Virus record (IMG/VR): IMGVR_UViG_2609459852_000006
DNA: 7,115 nucleotides
Reading direction: 5' to 3' (one strand)
Source: a virus
Taxonomy: Duplodnaviria > Heunggongvirae > Uroviricota > Caudoviricetes
Part shown: one piece after another, positions 1-7,115 of the stretch
Numbering within the stretch: position 1 is the stretch's first letter
How the letters are laid out: the number at the start of each line of letters is the position of its first letter
Made by a program: the position numbers and the translations under genes
Notes under the pieces: generated by a model
What the model saw: the letters and a program-made list of their open reading frames with translations, nothing else
The model's database searches: none
What the model was told of the DNA's origin: nothing

Positions 1-265
1 CAGAAATAAATAACGCGTCGCCGGAAGCCACGTCATAAACCGTTTTACCCCGATGATCTTCAACGAGATGCCACGATGCCTCATCACTGTTGAAAACAGC
101 CACGAAGCCTGCCGGAATATCTGGCGGTGCAATATCGATACTGTTTGCTGGCAGACCTGTATGAGGCGGAATATATGCGTCACCTTCACCAATAAATTCA
201 TTAGTTCCGGCCAGCAGATTATAAATTTTTATGGTCCGTGGTTGTTCACTCATTCTGAATGCCAT
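1..265 (-). CDS. tfa: Tail fibre assembly protein (lambda Tfa-like chaperone), N-terminal 88 codons only; CDS continues past the low-coordinate edge of the window
   Basis: Manual reverse-complement translation from the ATG at 265..263 gives [88 protein letters not shown]..., which matches lambda Tfa as I recall it. No stop before position 1, so it is absent from the ORF track. The start ATG overlaps the stf stop (TAATG). An alternative in-frame ATG lies at 253..251 (MSEQ...). Confidence 0.9.
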   Translation of the reverse strand, partial: MAFRMSEQPRTIKIYNLLAGTNEFIGEGDAYIPPHTGLPANSIDIAPPDIPAGFVAVFNSDEASWHLVEDHRGKTVYDVASGDALFIS

Positions 266-3200
266 TATGCAAGCCTCACAATATAGTTAAATGCGATGTT
301 TTTGACGGTGTTTTCCGCGTTACCAGCAGCGTTAACGGTGATGGTGTGTCCATGTGAACCAATCGCAACGGAGTGCGTATGAGCACCAATACCGACAGTA
401 TGCGCGTGTGCACCTGCAGATGCTGCTGTGCCGGACAGTGAGTGGCTATGATTACCATCTGTACTGGTATTAGCTAACCACCCCGTAGACATACCTACTG
501 AGCCTTGTACACCCCAGGTATTTTGACCTGAGCTTGTATAACCATATTGATAAGTATCTTTAAAAACACTGGGGTTAAATCGACGGCCATCTCTATGGCT
601 GTGATTACCAGCTGCATTCGTGCTGCCACTTAAACTATGGGTATGCGCACCAGTGTTATTCGTGGATTTAGTGCCGTAATCAAACGACGATGTGGTTTTC
701 GTCCCCAAATCCGTACTGGATGCGCTGGCGCTGTGGGTATGCGATTTAATGCCGTCCTGTTCCTGAGACAATACGGCCCGACCACTGGTAGGTTTGCCCT
801 TAATCGTCCAGCCACGCATATCAGGGATCACGCCTGACGGATAAGCCGCTGCAAGTTTCGGGTATGCAGATTTGTCAAAAGTCTGCCCCTGCATCAGGGC
901 ATAGCCAGACGGAACGGTATCTGATGGCCACGGGATTGGTGCGCCAGGCGGATAAAACTGCTCTGATGGCGTATAGAGTGAATAAACTGTACCGTCCGTT
1001 AACCCTTCCGGCTTATTAGCAGAATATGCTGGTGACGTATGAATCGTCACGCTGGCATTACTGGTATAATCCCATTGAATATTTACACCAGTCGCATAAT
1101 TTCCGATTGCAACGTAAATATCGTAAGTATCACCAGATGTATTGACCCAGGCAAAATTTGTAAACCCTGTCGATGTGCGCTGCCATAAAGCACCAGTAAT
1201 CCCCTTCGGATTACCATTACCTGCACGTAAAACAAGTTCAGATATACCTGCCTGTTGAGGTGACCCCACGTTAAATCCAGCGCCACCAATCAACGTAATT
1301 GAAACAACAGAACTCGCCTGTGGCATGGTTACCGTTGCTAATTTGAACCAACCAGCACCACCGCTGAATGACATTGTTGTTGAGTTAAGCGTACCAATAT
1401 CTTTCGGCGTCAGTGTTATATCCGCTGAAAGCGCCTTACCATTCACCTTACGGGCAGAAGGTACCCGACCATTCGCATTGTCATTAGCTGCTTTCACTGC
1501 TTTCGGTGTCGCAGCAAGCGTTTCAGATGTGCTGTTGGTTGCACTACTGAGCTGGACAATTCCTTTTTGTGCTGTCGTAGCGTCCTGTGCGGTGTATTTC
1601 CCGTTAGCCAGGTCATACGCGGCCTTAACGGCTTTTGGCGTTGCCGCCTGTGACTCGGAAGTGCTGTTAGTCGCACTGCTGAGCTGAACTATCCCTTTCT
1701 GTGCTGTCGTTGCATCCTGTGCGGTGTATTTCCCGTTAGCCAGGTCATACGCGGCCTTAACGGCTTTTGGCGTTGCCGCCTGTGACTCGGAAGTGCTGTT
1801 AGTCGCACTGCTGAGCTGAACTATCCCTTTCTGTGCTGTCGTTGCATCCTGTGCGGTGTATTTCCCGTTAGCCAGGTCATACGCGGCCTTAACGGCTTTT
1901 GGCGTTGCCGCCTGTGACTCGGAAGTGCTGTTAGTCGCACTGCTGAGCTGAACTATCCCTTTCTGTGCTGTCGTTGCATCCTGTGCGGTGTATTTCCCGT
2001 TAGCCAGGTCATACGCGGCCTTAACGGCTTTTGGCGTTGCCGCCTGTGACTCGGAAGTGCTGTTGGTCGCACTGCTGAGCTGTACTATCCCCTTTTTCGT
2101 CGTGCTCGCATCCTCAAGCGCCACGGCGGATGCAATATCCTCTGCCCGTTTTGCTGCTGTCTCGGCGCGCGTTGCCGCGGATTCCGCCGTACTTTTGCTC
2201 TGTGCTGCCGCTGCCGCACTGCCAGCAGCCTCTGTCGCCTTCGTGGATGCCGTCGTGGCGCTGCCCCTCGCTGCTGACGCCTGTCTGGTCGCCTCATCTT
2301 TTGAAGCAGACGCAGATGATGCCGATGACGCCGCCGAACTGGCGGACGATGCGGCAGCCGTTTTTGAGGATTCTGCGCTGGTTTCCGACGCTTTCGCGTT
2401 CGTTTCGGATGTCTTCGCTGCGGAAGCAGACCTCGCTGCTGCGCTGGCCTGTTCAGTGGCTTCGCCAGCCTTCGTTGTGGCTGTTGAAGCGGATGATGCG
2501 GCGCTTTCTGCCGATTTTCCGGCGGCGGTGGCACTGACTGCTGCCTCCTCTGCCTTAATGGACGCCTCACGGGCCGATGATGCAGCTGCTGTCTCAGAGT
2601 CTGCCGCAGCTGAGGCGCTCTGTTCCGCTGCCGTTTCAGAAGACCTGGCATTCGTCTCGGACGTTTTTGCCGCCTTCACGGAATTTCCTGCCGCCGTTGC
2701 CGAGGAGGCTGCACTGCTGGCGCTTGTGGAGGCGTTCGTTTCTGATGATTTTGCCGCCTCTTTGGAGGCCGCCGCATCTCTGGCTGAAGTGGCGGCTTCT
2801 GACGCTTTCGTCGTCGCAGTGGATGCAGAAGTGGCTGCTGATTTTTGTGACGCTGCAGCATTCGTTTCTGACGTTTTCGCCGCACCGGCACTGGTGGCCG
2901 CCGCGCTTTTTGAGGACTCTGCAGCGGCAGCACTTTTTGATGCTTCAGTGGCCTTTGTTGATGCCGTTCCTGCGCTGGAAGACGCCTCCTGAGCCGAAGT
3001 CGCGGCCTGTCCGGCTGACGTGCTGGCTGCACGCGCTGAGCCTGCAGCATCAGTCGCATGGGTTGCCGCCTCACGGGCAGATGTGCCGGCATCACTGGCT
3101 GACTTCTTCGCGGCTGCCGTGTTCTGTGCCACCGCGGACGCGTTACGCGTCACCTCTTCCACCATCAGTTCAAAACGGCGCAGAGCCTCCGGACGGGCAT

Positions 3201-3489
3201 CATCCTCCGTCATGGCACCGAGAAAATCATTCAGCGTACCGGGTCGGGAATCTTCATACACGGTGATGGTCCCGGCATGTGACGGCGGGAATCCTTCCAC
3301 CAACAGAATAACGCTGTACTGACCGTACTCAACGTCCATGCTGTAACGCCCGGCTTCATCCGGATTTTCTGAGGCCAGCGTGTTCACCACCACCGTGGTG
3401 CTGTTACGTTTTGCTTTCAGCTGGATTGTGCAGTTCTGTACCGGTTTTCCTGTGCCGTCTTTCAGTACACCTGAAATCTTTACTGCCAT
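265..3489 (-). CDS. stf: Side tail fibre protein (lambda Stf-like), intact 1074-aa single ORF; N-terminal tail-attachment domain, Ala/Ser/Thr-rich shaft, five tail-fibre repeats, divergent central segment, conserved HxH-rich C-terminal tip
   Basis: ORF track 265..3495 (-). The track's first codon is GTG at 3495..3493; the conserved start [26 protein letters not shown]... is the ATG at 3489..3487, preceded by GTGGGGTGAAT. The C-terminus ...[29 protein letters not shown] matches the lambda Stf C-terminus from memory. Stop TAA at 267..265. Confidence 0.95.
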   Translation of the reverse strand: MAVKISGVLKDGTGKPVQNCTIQLKAKRNSTTVVVNTLASENPDEAGRYSMDVEYGQYSVILLVEGFPPSHAGTITVYEDSRPGTLNDFLGAMTEDDARPEALRRFELMVEEVTRNASAVAQNTAAAKKSASDAGTSAREAATHATDAAGSARAASTSAGQAATSAQEASSSAGTASTKATEASKSAAAAESSKSAAATSAGAAKTSETNAAASQKSAATSASTATTKASEAATSARDAAASKEAAKSSETNASTSASSAASSATAAGNSVKAAKTSETNARSSETAAEQSASAAADSETAAASSAREASIKAEEAAVSATAAGKSAESAASSASTATTKAGEATEQASAAARSASAAKTSETNAKASETSAESSKTAAASSASSAASSASSASASKDEATRQASAARGSATTASTKATEAAGSAAAAAQSKSTAESAATRAETAAKRAEDIASAVALEDASTTKKGIVQLSSATNSTSESQAATPKAVKAAYDLANGKYTAQDATTAQKGIVQLSSATNSTSESQAATPKAVKAAYDLANGKYTAQDATTAQKGIVQLSSATNSTSESQAATPKAVKAAYDLANGKYTAQDATTAQKGIVQLSSATNSTSESQAATPKAVKAAYDLANGKYTAQDATTAQKGIVQLSSATNSTSETLAATPKAVKAANDNANGRVPSARKVNGKALSADITLTPKDIGTLNSTTMSFSGGAGWFKLATVTMPQASSVVSITLIGGAGFNVGSPQQAGISELVLRAGNGNPKGITGALWQRTSTGFTNFAWVNTSGDTYDIYVAIGNYATGVNIQWDYTSNASVTIHTSPAYSANKPEGLTDGTVYSLYTPSEQFYPPGAPIPWPSDTVPSGYALMQGQTFDKSAYPKLAAAYPSGVIPDMRGWTIKGKPTSGRAVLSQEQDGIKSHTHSASASSTDLGTKTTSSFDYGTKSTNNTGAHTHSLSGSTNAAGNHSHRDGRRFNPSVFKDTYQYGYTSSGQNTWGVQGSVGMSTGWLANTSTDGNHSHSLSGTAASAGAHAHTVGIGAHTHSVAIGSHGHTITVNAAGNAENTVKNIAFNYIVRLA
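1480..2094 (-). repeat. In-frame tandem repeat inside stf: four near-identical 132-bp units (1567..1698, 1699..1830, 1831..1962, 1963..2094) plus a degenerate partial fifth unit (~1480..1566); each unit encodes a 44-aa tail-fibre repeat
   Basis: The string gtgcggtgtattt recurs at 1587, 1719, 1851 and 1983, an exact 132-bp period. The two central units are identical by eye and the outer two differ at a few, apparently synonymous, positions. The protein shows [44 protein letters not shown] four times, then [29 protein letters not shown]. Confidence 0.9.
2095..3150 (-). other. Ala/Ser/Thr-rich low-complexity shaft region of Stf (approx. residues 115-465), GC-rich and internally degenerate-repetitive ([24 protein letters not shown] motifs recur)
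   Basis: Translation is dominated by A, S, T, E and K with recurring short motifs. The same DNA yields several long spurious ORFs in other frames and on the plus strand (1988..2992, 2085..2651, 2130..2537, 2577..3266, 2676..3095), typical of GC-rich GCN-codon tracts. Confidence 0.8.
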
Positions 3490-3492
3490 ATT

Positions 3493-3498
3493 CACCCC
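3493..3498 (-). promoter_or_regulatory. Probable Shine-Dalgarno element for stf (minus strand GTGGGGTGAAT-ATG)
   Basis: G-rich purine tract 3-5 nt upstream of the ATG at 3489 on the minus strand; imperfect match to AGGAGG. Confidence 0.45.
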
Positions 3499-3500
3499 AC

Positions 3501-3527
3501 AAAAAAGCCCGCCTGAACCGGCGGGCT
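3501..3527 (-). terminator. Rho-independent terminator between lom and stf (minus-strand orientation)
   Basis: GC-rich inverted repeat agcccgcc (3506..3513) / ggcgggct (3520..3527) with 6-nt loop tgaacc. On the minus strand the stem is followed directly by TTTTTT (plus-strand A-run 3501..3506). Lies 26 nt downstream of the lom stop. Confidence 0.7.
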
Positions 3528-3553
3528 GTCATAACACTGTGTTACCTGGCTAA

Positions 3554-4153
3554 TCAGAACTTATAACCGACACCCACGATGAAACCGTCAGTGCGCCAGT
3601 CGCCACTGCCGGAGCCTTCATAAGCAATATCAATGGCCACGGATTCGGTCGGGTTAAACTGCACGCCAGCTCCCCACGCCAGAGACGTGTTGCTGTGGCG
3701 ACCGTCATCACTTCCGGTCAGCACGTCGTGCGTTTTCCCCTTGTTGTCAGTTACGCGGAGATAATCCCCGGAGAAAGTCGACACACGGCTGTAAGCCACA
3801 CCCGCCATCGCATACGCGCTGAACCATTCATTCACGCGCACAGACGGCCCCGCCATTACGCTGAACCAGCGGTTACGAACGGAATCTTCATGCCAGCGAG
3901 TATCGCTGTAATGGGTCAGCTGGCGATTCTTGTCTCCTGCATAGCTGAATGACGTCACCAGCCCCAGCGTATCCGTAAACTCATAACGGTATTTCACGTT
4001 AATCCCGTTCAGATCATCACTGCCGGGAACGTTGGTCCGGGCATGAAGATACCCCGCGCTCAGCGTGGACTGATGTTCAGACGCCCATGCAGGCGCACCG
4101 GATACGGCCAGACAAATGGCTGCGGACAAAATGGCGGCACAAACTTTACGCAT
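3554..4153 (-). CDS. lom: Outer-membrane beta-barrel protein Lom (Ail/Lom/PagC/OmpX family), 199 aa with N-terminal signal peptide; lysogenic-conversion (moron-type) gene
   Basis: ORF track 3554..4153 (-): MRKVCAAILSAAICLAVSGAPAWA|SEHQSTLSAGYLHA...GFIVGVGYKF. It has a signal peptide with an AxA cleavage motif and a C-terminal aromatic residue (F) typical of OMP beta-signals, and is near-identical to lambda Lom as I recall it. RBS GAGAGG 5 nt upstream of the ATG. Confidence 0.95.
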   Translation of the reverse strand: MRKVCAAILSAAICLAVSGAPAWASEHQSTLSAGYLHARTNVPGSDDLNGINVKYRYEFTDTLGLVTSFSYAGDKNRQLTHYSDTRWHEDSVRNRWFSVMAGPSVRVNEWFSAYAMAGVAYSRVSTFSGDYLRVTDNKGKTHDVLTGSDDGRHSNTSLAWGAGVQFNPTESVAIDIAYEGSGSGDWRTDGFIVGVGYKF

Positions 4154-4158
4154 AATTA

Positions 4159-4164
4159 CCTCTC
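4159..4164 (-). promoter_or_regulatory. Shine-Dalgarno element for lom (minus strand GAGAGGtaattATG)
   Basis: Plus-strand cctctc at 4159..4164 is GAGAGG on the minus strand, 5 nt upstream of the lom ATG (4153..4151). Confidence 0.6.
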
Positions 4165-4174
4165 GCTTTTCTGC

Positions 4175-4201
4175 AATAAAAAAGGCGTCATTCCTGACGC
4201 C
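4175..4201 (-). terminator. Rho-independent terminator immediately downstream of J (minus-strand orientation; position corresponds to the terminator after J in lambda)
   Basis: Inverted repeat ggcgtca (4184..4190) / tgacgcc (4195..4201) with loop ttcc. On the minus strand it reads GGCGTCAggaaTGACGCC followed by TTTTTTATT (plus-strand A-run 4178..4183). Lies 23 nt downstream of the J stop (4226..4224). Confidence 0.65.
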
Positions 4202-4223
4202 ATTTATTGGGGTTATAAATATT

Positions 4224-7115
4224 TCAACGAATACTGATGCCGGAAGCCGCTTTTTTGGTCACAATCACCGTACAGTCGGTGATATTGCCTGCCCCCTGAT
4301 TGCCTTTCTGGAAAATCTTAAACTCCAGAGTGACGCTACCACCACCACTAGGCATATCAATAACTGCACTGTAACTACCGGGAATGGCCCCTTTAGTTTC
4401 TCTGGATGCGATTAATACGCCGTTTTTGCGAACTTCAAAACCATAACCCGTGTATCGCGTGCCTCCCGGGTTATTTCCGCTCCCCGGATCGTCATACGCT
4501 ATACCGTTAAAAATAATGGGCGGAATAATAATCTGGCGGTCAAAGTTATGATCATCGCTGATGGTGACTGTAACCGTACCGTTTGGTGTTTCCGTGTTAC
4601 CCCACGTACCGACTTTTTTCGGGAAGGCTTTTGATACAGCTTTAACGAAATCCCCTCTGACCTGGGTCGCCTCCAGCATGCCCTTAATCGTACAGTTTTC
4701 ATTTACCGTGACATTGTTGAGCGTTCCTGAGTTCGCATTCACACTACCACTGATATCCGCATTTTTAGCGGTCAGCTTTCCGTCTGATGTCAGGGAAAAT
4801 ACCGGAGGACTGCCACCGCTGGTAATGGTGGGGGCTGTCAGGCGCTTCAGGAACACGTCGTTCATGAATATCTGGTTGCCCTGCGCCACAAACATCGGCG
4901 TTTCATTCCCGTTTGCCGGGTCAATAAACGCGATACGATTGGCGGCAACCAGAAACTGGCTCAGCTTGCCTTCCTCCGTGTCCTCCATGCTGAGGCCAAT
5001 ACCCGCGACATAATGTTTGCCGTCTTTGGTCTGCTCAATTTTGACGCCCCACATAGCATTCCATTTATCGTTAGCGTCCTTCCACTCTTTCGAAAACTCA
5101 TCCAGTCTGCTGGCGTTATCCTCCGTCAGGTCGACTTTTTCCAGCAGCTCTTTACCGAGATGGGATTCGGTTATCTTGCCTTTGAAAAAATCCAGGTAAC
5201 CTTCCGCATCATCGCTCGCCCGACCGACGGCCTCCACGAATGCCGATTTGCCAACGGTGTTCACACTGCGGATATAAAAGTAATAATCATGGCCCGGTTT
5301 GATATTGATACTGGCGGCTATCCAGTACAGCCCCGTGCCAAGGTAGCGGGCTGTGGTTTCAACCTGCCTGATATCGGTAATCCGCGTTTCCGAGAACCAG
5401 AACTCAAACTGTACCGTCGGATCATAAACCGCAAGATGCGGCGTGGCGGTTATCTGAAAATAGCCCGGCGTCAGCTCAATCCGCGACGGCGCTGCCGGGG
5501 CGGCAATCCGGAACGATACCGACGCCGGATCGCCCTGCTGTCCCCGGGCATTTACCGCCCGGACCGTCAGCGTGTAACGCCCCAGCGCCAGTTGCCTGAA
5601 GCGGTAAGTGGTTTCCGTCGTCCGGGCCGTGCTGACCAGCCGCTCACTGCCGTCATCGGCGGCCACGGTCAGGCGAAGCATAAAGCTCACGCCCTTCACC
5701 ACCTTCGGCGTATCCCAGCGCGCCAGCACCTGGTATTCCCCGCTGTCTGCGGTGACTTCGGCGGTCAGGTGCTGCACCGCTGGCGGCGTGACACCATTCA
5801 CCGTGCCGCTCTGGTCGCCGTCAAAGTGCGCCCCGTTATCCACGATGGCTTCTTTTTCCGGTACATGCTGCACGGCGGTGATGGCATACGTGCCGTCGTC
5901 GTTCTCACGGATACTCACGCAGCGGAACAGGCGCTGGCGCAGCGTCGGCAGCTTCAGCCCCCACACGCTGTATTCAGCAACGCCGTCAGGAACACGGCTC
6001 ACTTTCACCTTCACGCCGTCGGTGACGGACTGAACCTCCACGCTGACCGGATTGCCACTTCCGTCAACCAGGCTTATCAGCGTGGTACCGGAGGATGGCA
6101 GCGTGATTTCACGGTCGAGCGTCAGCGTCCGGGTCTGGCTGTTTACCGCCAGCACGCGACCACCGGTGCTGATACCGGCATAGTCATCATCGCAGATTTC
6201 AATGACATCGCCCGGTACATGGCGAAGCCCTTCAGCACCCACGCTGAAGTCCACGGTCTGCGTTTCCAGCAGTTCCGTTTTAATCAGCCACAGCCCGGCG
6301 CGGTGCGCCTGCCCCCGGCTGGTACAGCCAAAGGCATCCATCTTCGTGACGTTACGACCGTAACGGGCAATGGCCTGCGTATCTTCAACAAGCTCTGTCG
6401 CCGTCTCCCAGCCGTTATCCGGGTCAATCCAGTTCACCTCAACGGCATTATGGCGGTCCTTCAGGGCGCTGAAACTGTAGCGGAACGGCGCGCCATCATC
6501 CGGCATCACCACATTACTGCGGTTATAGGTCCACACCTTATCTGATGGTCGGTCCTGCACGAACGTCAGCGTCTGCCCGTTCCATACCGGCATACAGCGC
6601 ATCGCCGAGCAGAAATCACTGAGCACATCCCACGCCTTACGCTGTGTGGTCAGGTAGGCATTACAGGTGATGCGCGGCTCCGTGCCGCCAAAACCGTCCG
6701 GCACTGACTGGTCGCAGTACTGGCCGATGACATACAGCGCCCATTTATCCACATCCGCCGCACCAAGACGTTTCCCCATGCCGTAGCGCGGGTGGGTCAG
6801 CATATCCCACAGACACCAGGCCATGTTGTTGCTGTATGCCGGTTTAAACGTTCCGTCCCAGATACCGCTGTATTGCCGCGTCTGCGGGTTATAATTCGAC
6901 GGCACCTGCAGAATGCGCCCGCGCAGATGATAATTACGGCTCACCTGCTGGCTGCCGAACTGCTCCGAATCCACCTGCACGCCGACCAGTGCCGTGTTCG
7001 GGTAGCCCTGTTTCACATCGATGATTTCGGTGTATGACGACCAGAGCGTTTTGTTCTGCAGCTGGTCTGTGGTGCTGTCCGGCGTCATCCTGCGCATCCG
7101 GATATTAAACGGGCG
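4224..7115 (-). CDS. J: Tail tip host-specificity protein J (lambda gpJ-like central tail fibre), C-terminal 963 codons; N-terminus lies beyond the high-coordinate edge of the window
   Basis: The ORF track shows 4224..7097 (-) starting at an internal Met, but the frame stays open to the window edge (7115..7098 reads RPFNIR before [30 protein letters not shown]...). Long stretches such as [33 protein letters not shown] and [40 protein letters not shown] match lambda J from memory. Stop TGA at 4226..4224. Confidence 0.95.
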   Translation of the reverse strand, partial: RPFNIRMRRMTPDSTTDQLQNKTLWSSYTEIIDVKQGYPNTALVGVQVDSEQFGSQQVSRNYHLRGRILQVPSNYNPQTRQYSGIWDGTFKPAYSNNMAWCLWDMLTHPRYGMGKRLGAADVDKWALYVIGQYCDQSVPDGFGGTEPRITCNAYLTTQRKAWDVLSDFCSAMRCMPVWNGQTLTFVQDRPSDKVWTYNRSNVVMPDDGAPFRYSFSALKDRHNAVEVNWIDPDNGWETATELVEDTQAIARYGRNVTKMDAFGCTSRGQAHRAGLWLIKTELLETQTVDFSVGAEGLRHVPGDVIEICDDDYAGISTGGRVLAVNSQTRTLTLDREITLPSSGTTLISLVDGSGNPVSVEVQSVTDGVKVKVSRVPDGVAEYSVWGLKLPTLRQRLFRCVSIRENDDGTYAITAVQHVPEKEAIVDNGAHFDGDQSGTVNGVTPPAVQHLTAEVTADSGEYQVLARWDTPKVVKGVSFMLRLTVAADDGSERLVSTARTTETTYRFRQLALGRYTLTVRAVNARGQQGDPASVSFRIAAPAAPSRIELTPGYFQITATPHLAVYDPTVQFEFWFSETRITDIRQVETTARYLGTGLYWIAASINIKPGHDYYFYIRSVNTVGKSAFVEAVGRASDDAEGYLDFFKGKITESHLGKELLEKVDLTEDNASRLDEFSKEWKDANDKWNAMWGVKIEQTKDGKHYVAGIGLSMEDTEEGKLSQFLVAANRIAFIDPANGNETPMFVAQGNQIFMNDVFLKRLTAPTITSGGSPPVFSLTSDGKLTAKNADISGSVNANSGTLNNVTVNENCTIKGMLEATQVRGDFVKAVSKAFPKKVGTWGNTETPNGTVTVTISDDHNFDRQIIIPPIIFNGIAYDDPGSGNNPGGTRYTGYGFEVRKNGVLIASRETKGAIPGSYSAVIDMPSGGGSVTLEFKIFQKGNQGAGNITDCTVIVTKKAASGISIR

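Noticed and set aside
53-286. Plus-strand ORF of 77 aa overlapping the tfa start
   Set aside because: Antisense to the clearly recognisable Tfa N-terminus; Cys/Arg-rich product with no recognisable motif.
1325-1687. Plus-strand ORF of 120 aa across the stf tandem repeats (and minus-strand 1494..1676, 1083..1289 in other frames)
   Set aside because: The ORF is produced by the repeat periodicity on the non-coding strand or in the wrong frame. The in-frame stf reading is the one with a coherent, recognisable protein.
1480-2094. Possibility that the tandem repeats are a CRISPR array or an invertible (shufflon or G-segment-like) host-range switch
   Set aside because: The units are 132 bp, directly abutting with no spacers, and in-frame within a CDS, so it is not a CRISPR array. 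There are no flanking inverted repeats and no recombinase gene in the window, so there is no evidence of inversion switching.
1988-2992. Plus-strand ORF of 334 aa (with neighbours 2130..2537 +, 2577..3266 +, 3020..3322 +, 2085..2651 -, 2676..3095 -) inside the stf shaft region
   Set aside because: All lie antisense to or out of frame with the strongly supported stf CDS. Their translations are low-complexity Ala-, Arg- or Pro-rich strings typical of GC-rich alternate frames, with no convincing RBS or recognisable protein.
265-3489. Diversity-generating retroelement targeting the tail fibre
   Set aside because: Tail fibres are classic DGR targets, but the window has no reverse transcriptase and no template-repeat copy of the stf 3' end. 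It cannot be supported from this sequence.
3490-3495. ORF-track start of stf at 3495 (MNMAVK...)
   Set aside because: Codon 3495..3493 is GTG, not ATG. The conserved lambda-type N-terminus MAVKISG begins at the ATG at 3489, which has a G-rich SD-like tract upstream, so the start is called at 3489.
4205-4245. Candidate sigma70 promoter for lom (minus-strand TTGAAA ... TATAAC-like hexamers overlapping the J 3' end)
   Set aside because: Spacing and the -10 match are poor, and the elements lie upstream of the terminator hairpin, so any transcript would meet the terminator before lom. It is too weak to annotate.
3695-4415. Plus-strand ORFs 3695..3952, 4043..4237 and 4116..4415 overlapping lom and the J 3' end
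   Set aside because: Antisense to lom and J, both of which are near-identical to known lambda proteins; no supporting signals.
5013-6545. Plus-strand ORF of 510 aa antisense to J (also 4561..5013 +, 5017..5199 +, 5608..6033 +, 6792..7037 +)
   Set aside because: Entirely embedded antisense in the well-conserved J gene. The product is Arg/Pro/Gly-rich with no recognisable domain. Long antisense ORFs are expected by chance in GC-rich coding DNA.
7095-7097. ORF-track start of J at the Met at 7097
   Set aside because: It is an internal methionine. The frame stays open to the window edge ([13 protein letters not shown]...) and lambda J extends ~170 aa further N-terminal, so J is annotated as a 5'-truncated CDS through 7115.

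Overview
The whole window is the distal tail / host-range module of a lambda-like (lambdoid) siphovirus or prophage, almost certainly from an enterobacterial host, with every gene on the minus strand. Reading 5'->3' on the minus strand the order is: host-specificity tip protein J (4224..7115, N-terminus beyond the high-coordinate edge), an intrinsic terminator, outer-membrane protein Lom (3554..4153), a second terminator, a long intact side tail fibre Stf (265..3489, 1074 aa), and the start of the tail fibre assembly chaperone Tfa (1..265, running off the low-coordinate edge). This is the canonical lambda order J-lom-stf-tfa. Identifications rest on my reading of the six-frame translations and recall of the lambda proteins, not on any search. 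I see no room for, and no evidence of, a separate undescribed system such as a defence island; the four genes and their short intergenic regions account for essentially every base. The points worth a second look are all host-range features: (1) four near-identical tandem 132-bp units, plus a degenerate fifth, inside stf; (2) an stf central segment that does not match the lambda sequence as I recall it, between conserved N- and C-terminal parts; (3) a J C-terminal receptor-binding region diverged from the lambda LamB-binding domain; (4) an HxH-rich Stf tip; (5) lom bracketed by two terminators. All plus-strand ORFs in the supplied track are judged antisense or alternate-frame artefacts.
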